Source: Eubacteriales bacterium (GTDB taxonomy: Bacteria > Bacillota > Clostridia > Oscillospirales > CAG-272). From it: a stretch of DNA of 59,125 nt. The stretch is taken from the NCBI GenBank assembly GCA_045588715.1, contig JAZNEQ010000168.1, positions 1-59,125 of the forward strand. The letters are read 5' to 3'. The position numbers and the translations under genes are program-made. The number at the start of each line of letters is the position of its first letter. The stretch's first letter is position 1. This document shows, piece by piece, positions 9,910 to 19,807 of this stretch. Under the pieces are notes generated by a model, which was not told where the DNA came from, did no database searches, and was given only the letters and a program-made list of their open reading frames with translations.

Positions 9910-10809
9910 ATGAAACAGCGTATTATCACAGCTTTGGTTGCGACCTGTGTATTGATTCCAAACCTAATATTTTCAAATACGCCGCTTTTGCTTTTTTCAT
10001 TGGCGGTTGCCTCTGTGCTCTCTATCTTTGAGATCGCCCGTTGCGTAGGACTGCATCGGGCTTATCCGTTATGCATCCCGATCTACGTGCTGGCGGCAGT
10101 ATACCCGTTTGTTACCCGATATGCGGGAAGCTTCTCCGACCTTTTCACGGTCACCGGCTGGGAGGATCTTTCTACATACGCAGGAGACCTTCAAGCGCTG
10201 CGTCATTACACGTTGGTTGCCATTATGGCAACGATGCTATACCTGTTTGCTGTAATGACCTTTTCAAAGGGAAAATACAAGGTGACCGAAGTTGCCGTTC
10301 TCTTTATGGCAAGCGTTTACATTTTGTTCGGCATGAACGGAATTATCATCATGCGTGATTACCGCACGGGTGGCGAGATCCTTTATATCACCATTTTTAT
10401 CGGCGCGTGGATCACCGATATCTTTGCGTATTTCTCAGGTATGCTCTTCGGCAGAGGCGGAAAACACAAGCTTATCCCCGACGTCAGTCCCAAAAAGACT
10501 GTGGAGGGAAGCATTGGAGGAATTGTTTTCTGCGTTTTAGTCATGTGGCTTTACGGGCTTCTTTGTACCAAGTTTACGCCGCACGAGTCTTATCTCTGGT
10601 TTTTCGCCATCGGCGGCTTGATCGCTTCTATCGTAGCACAGGTGGGAGATCTTTTAATGTCCGTGATCAAACGAAACTACGGGATCAAGGATTATGGCAG
10701 TATTTTCCCGGGACACGGCGGAATGCTCGACAGACTTGATTCGGTGCTTGCTGTGTCTGTGGCTTTGGTTGCATTTTCCTCCTTCTTTGAATTTTTTAAA
10801 GGTATATAA
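9910..10809 (+). CDS. cdsA: Phosphatidate cytidylyltransferase
   Basis: Polytopic membrane protein with the CDS signature SVIKRNYGIKDYGSIFPGHGGMLDRLDS. Confidence 0.93.
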   Translation: MKQRIITALVATCVLIPNLIFSNTPLLLFSLAVASVLSIFEIARCVGLHRAYPLCIPIYVLAAVYPFVTRYAGSFSDLFTVTGWEDLSTYAGDLQALRHYTLVAIMATMLYLFAVMTFSKGKYKVTEVAVLFMASVYILFGMNGIIIMRDYRTGGEILYITIFIGAWITDIFAYFSGMLFGRGGKHKLIPDVSPKKTVEGSIGGIVFCVLVMWLYGLLCTKFTPHESYLWFFAIGGLIASIVAQVGDLLMSVIKRNYGIKDYGSIFPGHGGMLDRLDSVLAVSVALVAFSSFFEFFKGI

Positions 10810-10832
10810 CTATCTATAAGGTGAAATAGACG

Positions 10833-12020
10833 ATGCAAAACAATTACGATTATCCCTCTGTTTCCATTCTTGGCTCTACCGGCTCGGTTGGTGAGCAGGC
10901 AATTGACGTCGCACTCAAAAACGGAATCCGCGTCAACTGCCTTTCGGCAAACAAAAACGTCAAGCGCGTAGAGGAGCAAGCGAGAATGCTGGGGGTCAAA
11001 GCCTGCGCAATGGCAGATAGAACCGCCGCAAAGGATCTGGAAGCAAGACTTGCGGATACCGATATCAAGGTGTTTGTCGGTGTTGAGGGGATCTGCGAGA
11101 TGATATCTGCGCCTTACGAAGAGGGTGAGGTCGTTGTAAATTCCATCATAGGAGAAGCAGGGCTTCGTCCTACACTTGCTGTTTTGGGAGCCGGAAAAAA
11201 GCTGGCACTTGCCAATAAGGAATCCCTGGTTTGTGCGGGTGAATTCGTTATGAAGCTGGCACAAGCAAAGGGAACCGAGATCCTGCCCGTTGACAGTGAG
11301 CACAGTGCAATTTTCCAGGCTTTGCGCGCCGGGAACGGGAAAGAGATCAAAAAAATTCTTTTGACTGCATCGGGCGGTCCCTTTTACGGAATGAAAAAGG
11401 AAGAGCTTTCCTCCATTACCGTTGAGGATGCACTGGCGCACCCTACGTGGAGCATGGGGTCAAAGATCACCGTTGACAGCGCAACCTTGATGAACAAGGG
11501 CTTTGAGGTGATCGAGGCTGTGCATCTGTTTGGCGTACGCCCAGAGCAGATCGAGGTACTCATTCACCGTGAAAGCATAATGCATTCCGCAATTGAATAC
11601 ATTGATAACAGCGTGATCGCGCAAATGTCTGTTCCCGATATGCGCCTTTGCGTTCAATATGCTTTGACCCATCCCGTGCGTTCACAGGCAGTGATCCCCG
11701 CATTGGATCTTACTTCGGTGGGGAAAATGACCTTTGCAAAGCCGGATACCGAGACCTTTGTGCTCTTGGATCTGGCACTTTCGGCAATTGAAAAGGGCGG
11801 TGCCTTGCCCGCGGTATTAAACGCCGCCAATGAAGTGGCGGTTGCCGCATTTCTTGAAAAAAGACTTGATTTTCTTGGTATATTCGACGTCGTCTCCAAA
11901 ACGGTGAACGCGTTGCCCGATGCGGCAAAAATTCACATGATGGATGACATCTTTGCATTTGACGGCGCTGCAAGATCGCTTGCAAATGAATTTTTAACAA
12001 AGCGTATGTCGCTTTGTTGA
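10833..12020 (+). CDS. dxr: 1-deoxy-D-xylulose 5-phosphate reductoisomerase
   Basis: GSTGSVG NADPH motif, LANKESLV and DSEHSAIFQ. Confidence 0.96.
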   Translation: MQNNYDYPSVSILGSTGSVGEQAIDVALKNGIRVNCLSANKNVKRVEEQARMLGVKACAMADRTAAKDLEARLADTDIKVFVGVEGICEMISAPYEEGEVVVNSIIGEAGLRPTLAVLGAGKKLALANKESLVCAGEFVMKLAQAKGTEILPVDSEHSAIFQALRAGNGKEIKKILLTASGGPFYGMKKEELSSITVEDALAHPTWSMGSKITVDSATLMNKGFEVIEAVHLFGVRPEQIEVLIHRESIMHSAIEYIDNSVIAQMSVPDMRLCVQYALTHPVRSQAVIPALDLTSVGKMTFAKPDTETFVLLDLALSAIEKGGALPAVLNAANEVAVAAFLEKRLDFLGIFDVVSKTVNALPDAAKIHMMDDIFAFDGAARSLANEFLTKRMSLC

Positions 12021-12041
12021 TCTTACGGAGGAATCGTAGGC

Positions 12042-13445
12042 TTGCAATTTCTTTATATTCTTCTCGCAATATTTATTTTTGGGATCCTTATTTTTATCCA
12101 CGAATTGGGGCACTTTATCGTCGCACGCCTGTGCGGCGTTAAGGTGCTTGAATTTGCCATTGGAATGGGACCCCAAATTTTTGGTTGGAAAAGTAAAAAG
12201 AGCGGTATAAAATACGCGCTGCGTCTCTTTCCCATCGGTGGCTTTGTCAGTATGCTGGGGGAAAACGGGATGGAGGCGGTGCAAGGGGAAAACGGCGAGA
12301 GCGAAGAGATTTCTTTGATCAATGAGGTTGATCCCGATCCTGCTTCGGCCAAGACGGAAAACGCGCTGCCGGAAGCTTCTGCAGAATCTATCGCCGAGAA
12401 CGATCCTGCCGCGTATTGCAATCAAAGCGCTTGGAAAAGAATTTTGATCTCGGTCGCGGGTCCTGCAATGAATGTGATCATTGGCTTTCTTCTGATGAGC
12501 GTGATCGTTTTGTCGGCGGGAATTGAAAACGCGGGCACCAACCGTGTCTGGGGCTTTTACGTGACCTATACGGGAAAGGAAGCTCTTGCGGGAATCGAAA
12601 CCGACGACTACGTAGTTGGCTATATGGAGGGGGAGAAAAGAGTCCCCATTACCTCGCTTGCGCATTTGAAGACGCTGGTTTTGGAAAGCGACACGCACAC
12701 CTTTGACCTTGTCATCAACCGACTTGACGATAAAGGAGAGGAAATTGAGGAGCTGATCCTTGAGGATACAAAGCTTCAAGAAAAGGATCTTGTTCACTTT
12801 CAATCCTCTTTGAGCGAGGCTTCGGGACTTTGCGTGGGAGACGAGATCATCCAGGTCAATTCCGCCTCCACGCACATCGCCAACGATCTTCATTATGAAT
12901 TGATGATGCAGGGATACCGCCCCATGACTCTGACGGTAATGCGGAATGGAGAACGTGTTGTTTTAGAGGACGTGGTGATCCCCAACGATTCCCAGGACGG
13001 AACGGTAATAGGACTCATTGATTTTGTTGTTGTGCGTGAGGCTGCCTTGGATTTTCCAACCGTCATAAAGCACACGTGGTATCGGTCTGTCTCTACCGTA
13101 AAAACGGTTTTTGATTCTTTGTTCGGGCTGTTTTCGGGACGCTTTGGAGTTGAGGCGATCTCTGGTCCCGTTGGGATCACAAAAACGATTGGTGAAGTCG
13201 CGCAGCAATACGGATTTATTAATCTTTTGTATCTTGTCGTGGTCATTTCCATCAATCTCGGCGTTATGAATCTGTTGCCCCTCCCCGCGCTTGACGGCGG
13301 TCATATTTTGATCTATCTGATTGAACTGATCCGCAGAAAGCCTCTCAAGAGGGAAGTGGAGGCAATGATCAATTTTATCGGCCTCGTTCTGCTTTTGGGG
13401 CTTGCGGTTATTATTGCGTTTAAGGATGTGTTTACACTATTATGA
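12042..13445 (+). CDS. rseP: RIP (site-2) zinc metalloprotease RseP/RasP family
   Basis: TTG start with a GGAGG RBS. HELGH lies in TM1 and NLLPLPALDGGH in the C-terminal TM region. Conserved position between dxr and ispG. Confidence 0.92.
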   Translation: MQFLYILLAIFIFGILIFIHELGHFIVARLCGVKVLEFAIGMGPQIFGWKSKKSGIKYALRLFPIGGFVSMLGENGMEAVQGENGESEEISLINEVDPDPASAKTENALPEASAESIAENDPAAYCNQSAWKRILISVAGPAMNVIIGFLLMSVIVLSAGIENAGTNRVWGFYVTYTGKEALAGIETDDYVVGYMEGEKRVPITSLAHLKTLVLESDTHTFDLVINRLDDKGEEIEELILEDTKLQEKDLVHFQSSLSEASGLCVGDEIIQVNSASTHIANDLHYELMMQGYRPMTLTVMRNGERVVLEDVVIPNDSQDGTVIGLIDFVVVREAALDFPTVIKHTWYRSVSTVKTVFDSLFGLFSGRFGVEAISGPVGITKTIGEVAQQYGFINLLYLVVVISINLGVMNLLPLPALDGGHILIYLIELIRRKPLKREVEAMINFIGLVLLLGLAVIIAFKDVFTLL

Positions 13446-14539
13446 TCTACAACGACATTCGAAGAAAAACAAAAGAGATCATGGTTGGAAATCGTGGGAT
13501 CGGCGGTAGCCACCCTATTGCCATCCAATCCATGACCAATACCGATACCGAGGATGCCGCGAGCACCGTCGGGCAGATCCGTGCTCTTGAGGCTGCGGGC
13601 TGCGACGTCGTGCGCATCTCTGTTCCTACCATGCGTGCGGCAGAGACGATTTTAAACATCAAGGATGCGGGGATCACGATCCCTGTGGTTGCCGATATTC
13701 ACTTTGATCATAAGATCGCTTTGCGATGTGCGGAGCTTGGCTTTGACAAGATCCGTATCAATCCCGGAAACATCGGCTCCGATGACCGTGTTCTGGCGGT
13801 CTGCAACGCCTGTGGTGAGCGTGGAATTCCCATTCGCATTGGGGTGAACAGCGGTTCCTTGGAAAAGCATATTCTTGAAAAGTACGGCTCTCCCACCAAG
13901 GAGGCGCTTTGTGAAAGCGCGCTTTATCATGCATCCTTGCTTGAAAAATTCGGATTTCGGGATATTGTTATTTCTATCAAAGCATCTACCGTTTCCGAAA
14001 TGATCGGTGCCAACCGACTTTTGGCATCGGAGTGTGACTATCCCTTGCACCTTGGGGTCACCGAGGCAGGCGGCGGAGCACGCGGACTGATCAAAAGCTC
14101 CGTTGGGATCGGTGCGTTGCTTTGCGACGGTATTGGGGATACGATCAGAGTATCTCTGACCGATGATCCCGTAGAGGAGATCGCGGCGGCAAAGCAGATC
14201 CTCGGTGCTGTGGAGATGGAGGGGCAGCGCGGTCTGGATATTGTAAGCTGTCCGACCTGTGCGCGCACAAAGATCGATCTTATTCCCCTGGTAAAACGGT
14301 TTGAAGCGGCGATCAAGGAAGCGGGGCTTGAAAGTGTTCCCGTAAAGGTTGCTTTGATGGGATGCGTGGTCAACGGCCCCGGGGAGGCGCGCGAGGCAGA
14401 CGTAGGCATTGCCGGAGGAAAGGGAGAGGCGATCCTTTTCAGACACGGCGAGATCGTTGAAAAGATTGAAGAAAACGAGATCATTGAACGACTTTTGAAG
14501 GAAATTAAGATTTTAAAAGAACAAAAAGAACATGAGTAA
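13442..14539 (+). CDS. ispG: 4-hydroxy-3-methylbut-2-enyl diphosphate synthase (flavodoxin)
   Basis: GcpE family (QSMTNTDT; Cys ligands CPTCAR...GCVVNGPGE). ATGA overlap with the rseP stop. Confidence 0.95.
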   Translation: MIYNDIRRKTKEIMVGNRGIGGSHPIAIQSMTNTDTEDAASTVGQIRALEAAGCDVVRISVPTMRAAETILNIKDAGITIPVVADIHFDHKIALRCAELGFDKIRINPGNIGSDDRVLAVCNACGERGIPIRIGVNSGSLEKHILEKYGSPTKEALCESALYHASLLEKFGFRDIVISIKASTVSEMIGANRLLASECDYPLHLGVTEAGGGARGLIKSSVGIGALLCDGIGDTIRVSLTDDPVEEIAAAKQILGAVEMEGQRGLDIVSCPTCARTKIDLIPLVKRFEAAIKEAGLESVPVKVALMGCVVNGPGEAREADVGIAGGKGEAILFRHGEIVEKIEENEIIERLLKEIKILKEQKEHE

Positions 14540-17500
14540 AAATTTACTTGAAATTTTTAACAGGTACACACCAAACGAGCAGATTGCGCAGATTCTGCTG
14601 TCGGCGGATGCGGAGGGGATCAGATTGCGCGCGGACAAGCCGCAAAGAATGATCGAGGTGACCGCCCCCTTCCCAAAAGTCGTTCCAAAGCGTACGCTTT
14701 ATAAGATCGAAGAAGAAATTCGCGCGGCATACGAATTAAATGTCGTGCGAATTTTGCCGCGCTATTCGCAGGCTCTTTTCTCCCGCGCAGAGATCCCCGA
14801 CGTTCTTATGGAAACCAATCGTCGCGGCATCGTTGCCAACGGCTTTTTCAACCGGTGCACCTATGAGCTCACGTCCACCGCCCTTACGATTGAGATCCCT
14901 TTTTCGGAAAGCGGCGTCGAATTGATCTACGATGCAAAAACACCGCATTTGATGGAGGAGATCATCAAGGAGGAATTTGGCGTTTCTCTTCACGTCTCCA
15001 TTCAACGTATGGAGGGGGACGATTATCTTGCATTCCAAAGCTCTATGCAATCTCACGTCGAGCAGATGAGCCGCGATGCCGCAAAGGCAGAGGCGGAGTA
15101 TCACGCCGCGCTTGAGGCGGGGGCATACCACGGTCGTGAGGAGACCCCGGCGGAGGAGGAAAAGCCCATGCTTCCGCGCGCTTCCTCCATCTATGAGGGA
15201 GAATGTCTTCCAATGATCTCAAACGGCATTTGTCAGATAGGGCACTCTACCTTTGATATTTCAGCACCGGAGTACGTTTTTGGTGAGCCGTTTGAAATTA
15301 ACCCTGTTCCAATCGCTTCGATCGAAAAGCCGCAGAGAAATATCGTTATCATCGGTGAGATCTTTGGATTTACCAAGGAGGAGAGCCGCGGCGGAGAAAA
15401 GTTTGATATTACCTTTGATATCTTCGACGGAAACGCCTCCATCGAGCACCGCACGTTTGGAATGGAGCCGGAGGATGCAAATGCGCTTTGTGCCATTCTT
15501 CAAAACGGTTCCACGGTTGCTATGCGCGGATACGCCAAGCGCGTTACGAGAAAAGGGAAGACCGACGTTGACTTTACCTTTTATTACACCGATATTGCCA
15601 AGGTCTCCAAGCTAAAAAGAAAGGATAAGGCAGAAAAAAAGCGGGTGGAGCTGCATTTGCATACCACCATGTCCACAATGGACGCGCTCATTGCCCCCGA
15701 CGTTGCCGTAAAAACGGCCCTAAAGTGGGGAATGCCTGCCGTAGCGATCACCGACCACGGAAACGTGCAAGCTTTTCCAGATGCTATGCTTGCCGTAGAG
15801 AAAGCCGCCCCCGACGGGGATTTTAAGGTGATCTATGGAATCGAGGCTTATTTCGTCAATAATACGGCAAGTGCCATCACCGGAAACTACGACCCCGATT
15901 TTTCGTCGGAGTGTGTGGTGTTTGATATTGAGACCACAGGTCTTTCGGTGCAAAACTGTAAGATCACCGAGATCGGCGCGGTAAAGATCAAAGGGGGACG
16001 GGTGCTTGACCGATTTAACACCTTTGTTGACCCGGAATGTCCCATCCCCGAGGAGATCGTAAAGCTGACGGGAATTACCGATGAAATGGTGAAGGACGCT
16101 CCCAAATACCCCGAGGCACTGAAGGCGTTTTTTGATTTTATCGGCGAGGGGAACGGTACCTATAAGCCTCTTTTGATCGCGCATAATGCAAATTTTGACA
16201 TTGGATTTATCCGCCACTTTGCCAAGGCGGCAGGAATCCCCTTTGAAAACCCCTATTTGGATACGGTAGCGCTCTCCAGGCACATCAACCCGGAGTTGAA
16301 AAAGCATACGCTGGATTCAATTGCCGATGCTTATAAGCTGGGAGAATTTAACCATCACAGAGCGTGTGACGATGCCGAGATGCTTGCCATGATCTATTTT
16401 AAAATGATTGAGATCATGGAAAAGTCTGATCTTCACAACTTAAAGGCGCTCCAGCAGGAAATGACCGAAAAGGCAGACCCTTTAAAGCTAAAGCCTTACC
16501 ATCAGATCATCCTTGTGGAAAATCAAACGGGACTTAAAAACCTGTATAAGCTGATTTCCATGAGCTATCTGGATTATTACAAGCGTTTCCCGCGGATCCC
16601 AAAAACAGCCCTCGAAAAGCACCGCGAGGGATTGATCATTGGTTCTGCCTGTGAGGCGGGTGAGTTGTTTCGGGCAATCCTTGAAAACCGTCCCGACTCC
16701 GAAATTGAGGAGATCGTAAATTTCTACGACTATCTGGAGATCCAACCCATTTGCAATAACCGTTTCCTTATCGCCGAGGGCTCGGTTGCTGACGATGAAG
16801 GACTGCGGGAATTGAATCGCCGCATCGTAGCGCTGGGAGAGAAGTACAACAAGCCTGTTTGCGCTACCTGCGACGCGCATTTTCTCAACCGCGAGGACGA
16901 GCTGTACCGCAAGATCCTTTTGGCGGGACAAAAGTTTAAGGACTTTGATAAGGACGTTGGTATTTATCTTCGTACTACCGACGAGATGCTGGAGGAATTC
17001 TCTTATTTGGGAGAAGAAAAGGCGTACGAGGTGGTCGTTACCAATACCAATATGATTGCAGACCGTATTCAATCGGTGCGCCCGATCCCCAAGGGAAACT
17101 ACACGCCCGAAATGGAGGGGGCGGAGCAGGAGCTTCAGGATATGTGCTGGGAACGCGCAAAGAGCATGTACGGGGATCCGCTTCCCGAGATCGTTTCCGC
17201 GCGTCTTGATAAGGAGCTTACCTCCATTATCAAAAACGGATTTGCTGTCTTGTACCTTATTGCTCAACGTCTTGTTCACTATAGCGAGGAGCAGGGATAT
17301 CTTGTCGGTTCGCGTGGATCGGTAGGTTCCTCCTTTGTTGCTACCATGGCGGGTATTTCGGAGGTAAACCCGTTGCCGCCGCACTATTATTGTCCCAATC
17401 CCGCGTGTAAGCACAACGAATTCTTTACCGATGGCAGTGTGGGCTCCGGCTTTGATCTCCCCGATAAAATATGTCCTAAGTGCGGTACCAAGTATAAGGC

Positions 17501-18983
17501 TGACGGACACGACATCATGTTTGAGACCTTCCTTGGATTTTACGGTGATAAGTCTCCCGATATCGACCTTAACTTCTCAGGGGACGTCCAAGGCCGCGTA
17601 CATAAGTATACAGAGGAGCTTTTCGGCGAAGGTCACGTCTTCCGTGCGGGTACGCTGGGGACGCTTGCAGACAAGACTGCGTACGGATACGTGGCAAAAT
17701 ACGTGGAGCAAAAGGGGATCAGTTTGCCGCGTGCGGAAATGAACCGACTTGTGATGAACTGTCTCGGTGTCAAAAAAACCACGGGGCAGCACCCGGGTGG
17801 TATTATCGTTGTGCCTCAGCAATACGACGTTTATGATTTTACCCCTGTACAGCATCCCGCGGATGACCCCAATTCCGACATTGTGACCACGCACTTTGCG
17901 TTTTCTTATCTGCATGATACCATCTTAAAGCTTGATGAGCTTGGGCACGATATGCCAACCAAGTATAAGTGGTTGGAAACCTTTACCGATACCTCGGTGC
18001 TGGACGTCGCCATGAACGACCGCTCGGTTTACGAGCTGTTCGAGTCTACGGCACCCCTTGGTATTAAGCCGGATGATATCGAAGGATGTACCATTGGCAC
18101 CTACGGACTTCCCGAGCTTGGTACCCCCTTCATCCAACAGGTGCTTCTTGATGCAAAGCCCCGTAACTTTGCCGACCTTTTGCAGATATCGGGATTGACA
18201 CACGGCACCAACGTGTGGCTTGGAAATGCCCAGGATCTGATCAAGGAGGGGATTTGTGATATTTCTCGCGTGATCGGAACCCGTGACGGTATCATGCTGG
18301 ATATGATCCGTTACGGCCTTGAAAACGCAATGGCGTTTAAGATCATGGAGGCTGTGCGAAAAGGAAAAGGACTTACGCCCGAATGGGAGGCTGCCATGGT
18401 GGAGCACGGCGTGCCTGAATGGTATATCCTTTCCTGTAAAAAGATCAAATATCTGTTCCCTAAGGCGCATGCGGCAGCGTACGTTATGTCTGCGATCCGC
18501 CTTGCCTGGTATAAGGTTCATAAGCCGGTTGAATTTTACTGTACAATGTTTACGGTAGCGCCAAACGGCTTTGATGCCCAGATCGTTATGGGGGGAAAAT
18601 CAAACGTGGTTGCGGTGATGCGCGATATCCAGAAGAGAGGTAAGGAAGCCTCTCCCAAGGAGCAGGCAAGCGTTACCGTTCTGCAGCTTATTAACGAAGC
18701 GATGGCAAGAGGCGTTCGTTTTTTGCCCGTCGATCTTCAAAAGTCCCATTCTTATGCATTTCTGCCTGAAAACGGTGCCATTCGTATGCCGTTTTCGTCC
18801 TTGCCCGGACTTGGCGAAAACGCGGCACAAAATATTATCAAGGCACGTGAGGAGGAGCCCTTCTTCTCTGTGGAGGATCTGCAGATCCGTGCCAAGATCA
18901 GTAAATCCGTAATTGAAATGCTTCGTTCCAACGGTGTTCTCGACAACGTAAGCGAAACCGATCAGTTGACGATAGCTTTTTAA
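14532..18983 (+). CDS. polC: DNA polymerase III PolC-type (Gram-positive replicative polymerase)
   Basis: 1483 aa with a PHP domain (HLHTTMSTMDA), an inserted DEDDh exonuclease (VVFDIETTGLS...HRACDDA), a zinc module (CPNPACKH...CPKCG) and a pol III alpha core. It overlaps ispG by 8 nt. Confidence 0.97.
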   Translation: MSKNLLEIFNRYTPNEQIAQILLSADAEGIRLRADKPQRMIEVTAPFPKVVPKRTLYKIEEEIRAAYELNVVRILPRYSQALFSRAEIPDVLMETNRRGIVANGFFNRCTYELTSTALTIEIPFSESGVELIYDAKTPHLMEEIIKEEFGVSLHVSIQRMEGDDYLAFQSSMQSHVEQMSRDAAKAEAEYHAALEAGAYHGREETPAEEEKPMLPRASSIYEGECLPMISNGICQIGHSTFDISAPEYVFGEPFEINPVPIASIEKPQRNIVIIGEIFGFTKEESRGGEKFDITFDIFDGNASIEHRTFGMEPEDANALCAILQNGSTVAMRGYAKRVTRKGKTDVDFTFYYTDIAKVSKLKRKDKAEKKRVELHLHTTMSTMDALIAPDVAVKTALKWGMPAVAITDHGNVQAFPDAMLAVEKAAPDGDFKVIYGIEAYFVNNTASAITGNYDPDFSSECVVFDIETTGLSVQNCKITEIGAVKIKGGRVLDRFNTFVDPECPIPEEIVKLTGITDEMVKDAPKYPEALKAFFDFIGEGNGTYKPLLIAHNANFDIGFIRHFAKAAGIPFENPYLDTVALSRHINPELKKHTLDSIADAYKLGEFNHHRACDDAEMLAMIYFKMIEIMEKSDLHNLKALQQEMTEKADPLKLKPYHQIILVENQTGLKNLYKLISMSYLDYYKRFPRIPKTALEKHREGLIIGSACEAGELFRAILENRPDSEIEEIVNFYDYLEIQPICNNRFLIAEGSVADDEGLRELNRRIVALGEKYNKPVCATCDAHFLNREDELYRKILLAGQKFKDFDKDVGIYLRTTDEMLEEFSYLGEEKAYEVVVTNTNMIADRIQSVRPIPKGNYTPEMEGAEQELQDMCWERAKSMYGDPLPEIVSARLDKELTSIIKNGFAVLYLIAQRLVHYSEEQGYLVGSRGSVGSSFVATMAGISEVNPLPPHYYCPNPACKHNEFFTDGSVGSGFDLPDKICPKCGTKYKADGHDIMFETFLGFYGDKSPDIDLNFSGDVQGRVHKYTEELFGEGHVFRAGTLGTLADKTAYGYVAKYVEQKGISLPRAEMNRLVMNCLGVKKTTGQHPGGIIVVPQQYDVYDFTPVQHPADDPNSDIVTTHFAFSYLHDTILKLDELGHDMPTKYKWLETFTDTSVLDVAMNDRSVYELFESTAPLGIKPDDIEGCTIGTYGLPELGTPFIQQVLLDAKPRNFADLLQISGLTHGTNVWLGNAQDLIKEGICDISRVIGTRDGIMLDMIRYGLENAMAFKIMEAVRKGKGLTPEWEAAMVEHGVPEWYILSCKKIKYLFPKAHAAAYVMSAIRLAWYKVHKPVEFYCTMFTVAPNGFDAQIVMGGKSNVVAVMRDIQKRGKEASPKEQASVTVLQLINEAMARGVRFLPVDLQKSHSYAFLPENGAIRMPFSSLPGLGENAAQNIIKAREEEPFFSVEDLQIRAKISKSVIEMLRSNGVLDNVSETDQLTIAF

Positions 18984-18998
18984 ATTGAGAAATTGCAT

Positions 18999-19036
18999 AG
19001 CGAAAGCCCCCGAAGATCGCTTCGGGGGCTTTCGCT
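18999..19036. terminator. GC-rich 17-bp hairpin between convergent polC and mecA
   Basis: agcgaaagcccccgaag-atcg-cttcgggggctttcgct. The U-tracts are weak on both strands. Confidence 0.65.
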
Positions 19037-19664
19037 ATATAAGGGATCCCAATTGATGTATTGCGTTTTCGCCGCAAATCATATTTCCGTGCTCCAAGAG
19101 ATATAACTTTAGAAGATTGCAGTTTTCAATGCTTCCGTATTCGGTAATAAAGTTTAATTCATCGGGGGTTGTAAAGGGAGAAGCAGAGAGAAAAGAGAGA
19201 AAAAGATAATAGGTTCCGTCGTCATCCCCGTAGGCACTGTTTGTTCCGATTCCGGAAAAGGTGCGCAATCTTTTGCAAACGTACAAAAGGTCTGAAATGG
19301 AAGGAAAACTGTAAGCGCTCTCTCTGTGAAATCCTCGGCCAAGTACTTCCTTTTGAAGGCAAAGTGCTTTTGGTAGATCCGGTTGAGGCGCATCTTCCTC
19401 TTCTTCGCTTTCGCTTCGATCCGAGAGTCTGCTGATGAACATTTCGCATCCTCCCCCGCGCGATGGGAAGTACTGTACGGCAATGCGCCTGTCGTCTGCT
19501 TCAAAATCCGTGCGTTTTTTTATTTCCTCCAATAAAAGACGAAAGGTGCGGCGCATTTCTGCACCGTTCTCGCCAAAGGTATCGGCATTCAACTCAAATT
19601 GTTCCATATCCGACGGAGTCAGCATAATTTTTAGTTTGCGGTCACTGATTCTGATCAGCTCCAT
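19035..19664 (-). CDS. mecA: Adaptor protein MecA (ClpC adaptor)
   Basis: MecA-like N-terminus (MELIRISDRKLKIMLTPSDMEQ), an acidic linker, and a C-terminal domain with YYLFL...EYG...LLEHG. Confidence 0.75.
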   Translation of the reverse strand: MELIRISDRKLKIMLTPSDMEQFELNADTFGENGAEMRRTFRLLLEEIKKRTDFEADDRRIAVQYFPSRGGGCEMFISRLSDRSESEEEEDAPQPDLPKALCLQKEVLGRGFHRESAYSFPSISDLLYVCKRLRTFSGIGTNSAYGDDDGTYYLFLSFLSASPFTTPDELNFITEYGSIENCNLLKLYLLEHGNMICGENAIHQLGSLI

Positions 19665-19751
19665 AGCATGTCACTCCTTTCGGTTGATCCTCTTATGTAT
19701 ATTATAAGCCGTAAGGTGCAAAAAGGGAACCCCTAAAAATATGGTAATTCC

Positions 19752-19780
19752 TTGACACACCGATGCGCGTGTGATAAAAT
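19752..19780 (+). promoter_or_regulatory. Sigma-A-type promoter for nnr
   Basis: TTGACA, 17 nt, (TGa)TAAAAT with an extended -10. Confidence 0.6.
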
Positions 19781-19807
19781 ATAAAAGGACAGGGAGGTGG
19801 TCATTTT

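Noticed and set aside
12240-12420. An acidic low-complexity insertion in RseP (ENGMEAVQGENGESEEISLINEVDPDPASAK...).
   Set aside because: The equivalent loop between TM1 and the PDZ region is variable in length in RasP/RseP homologues. This is not clearly anomalous.
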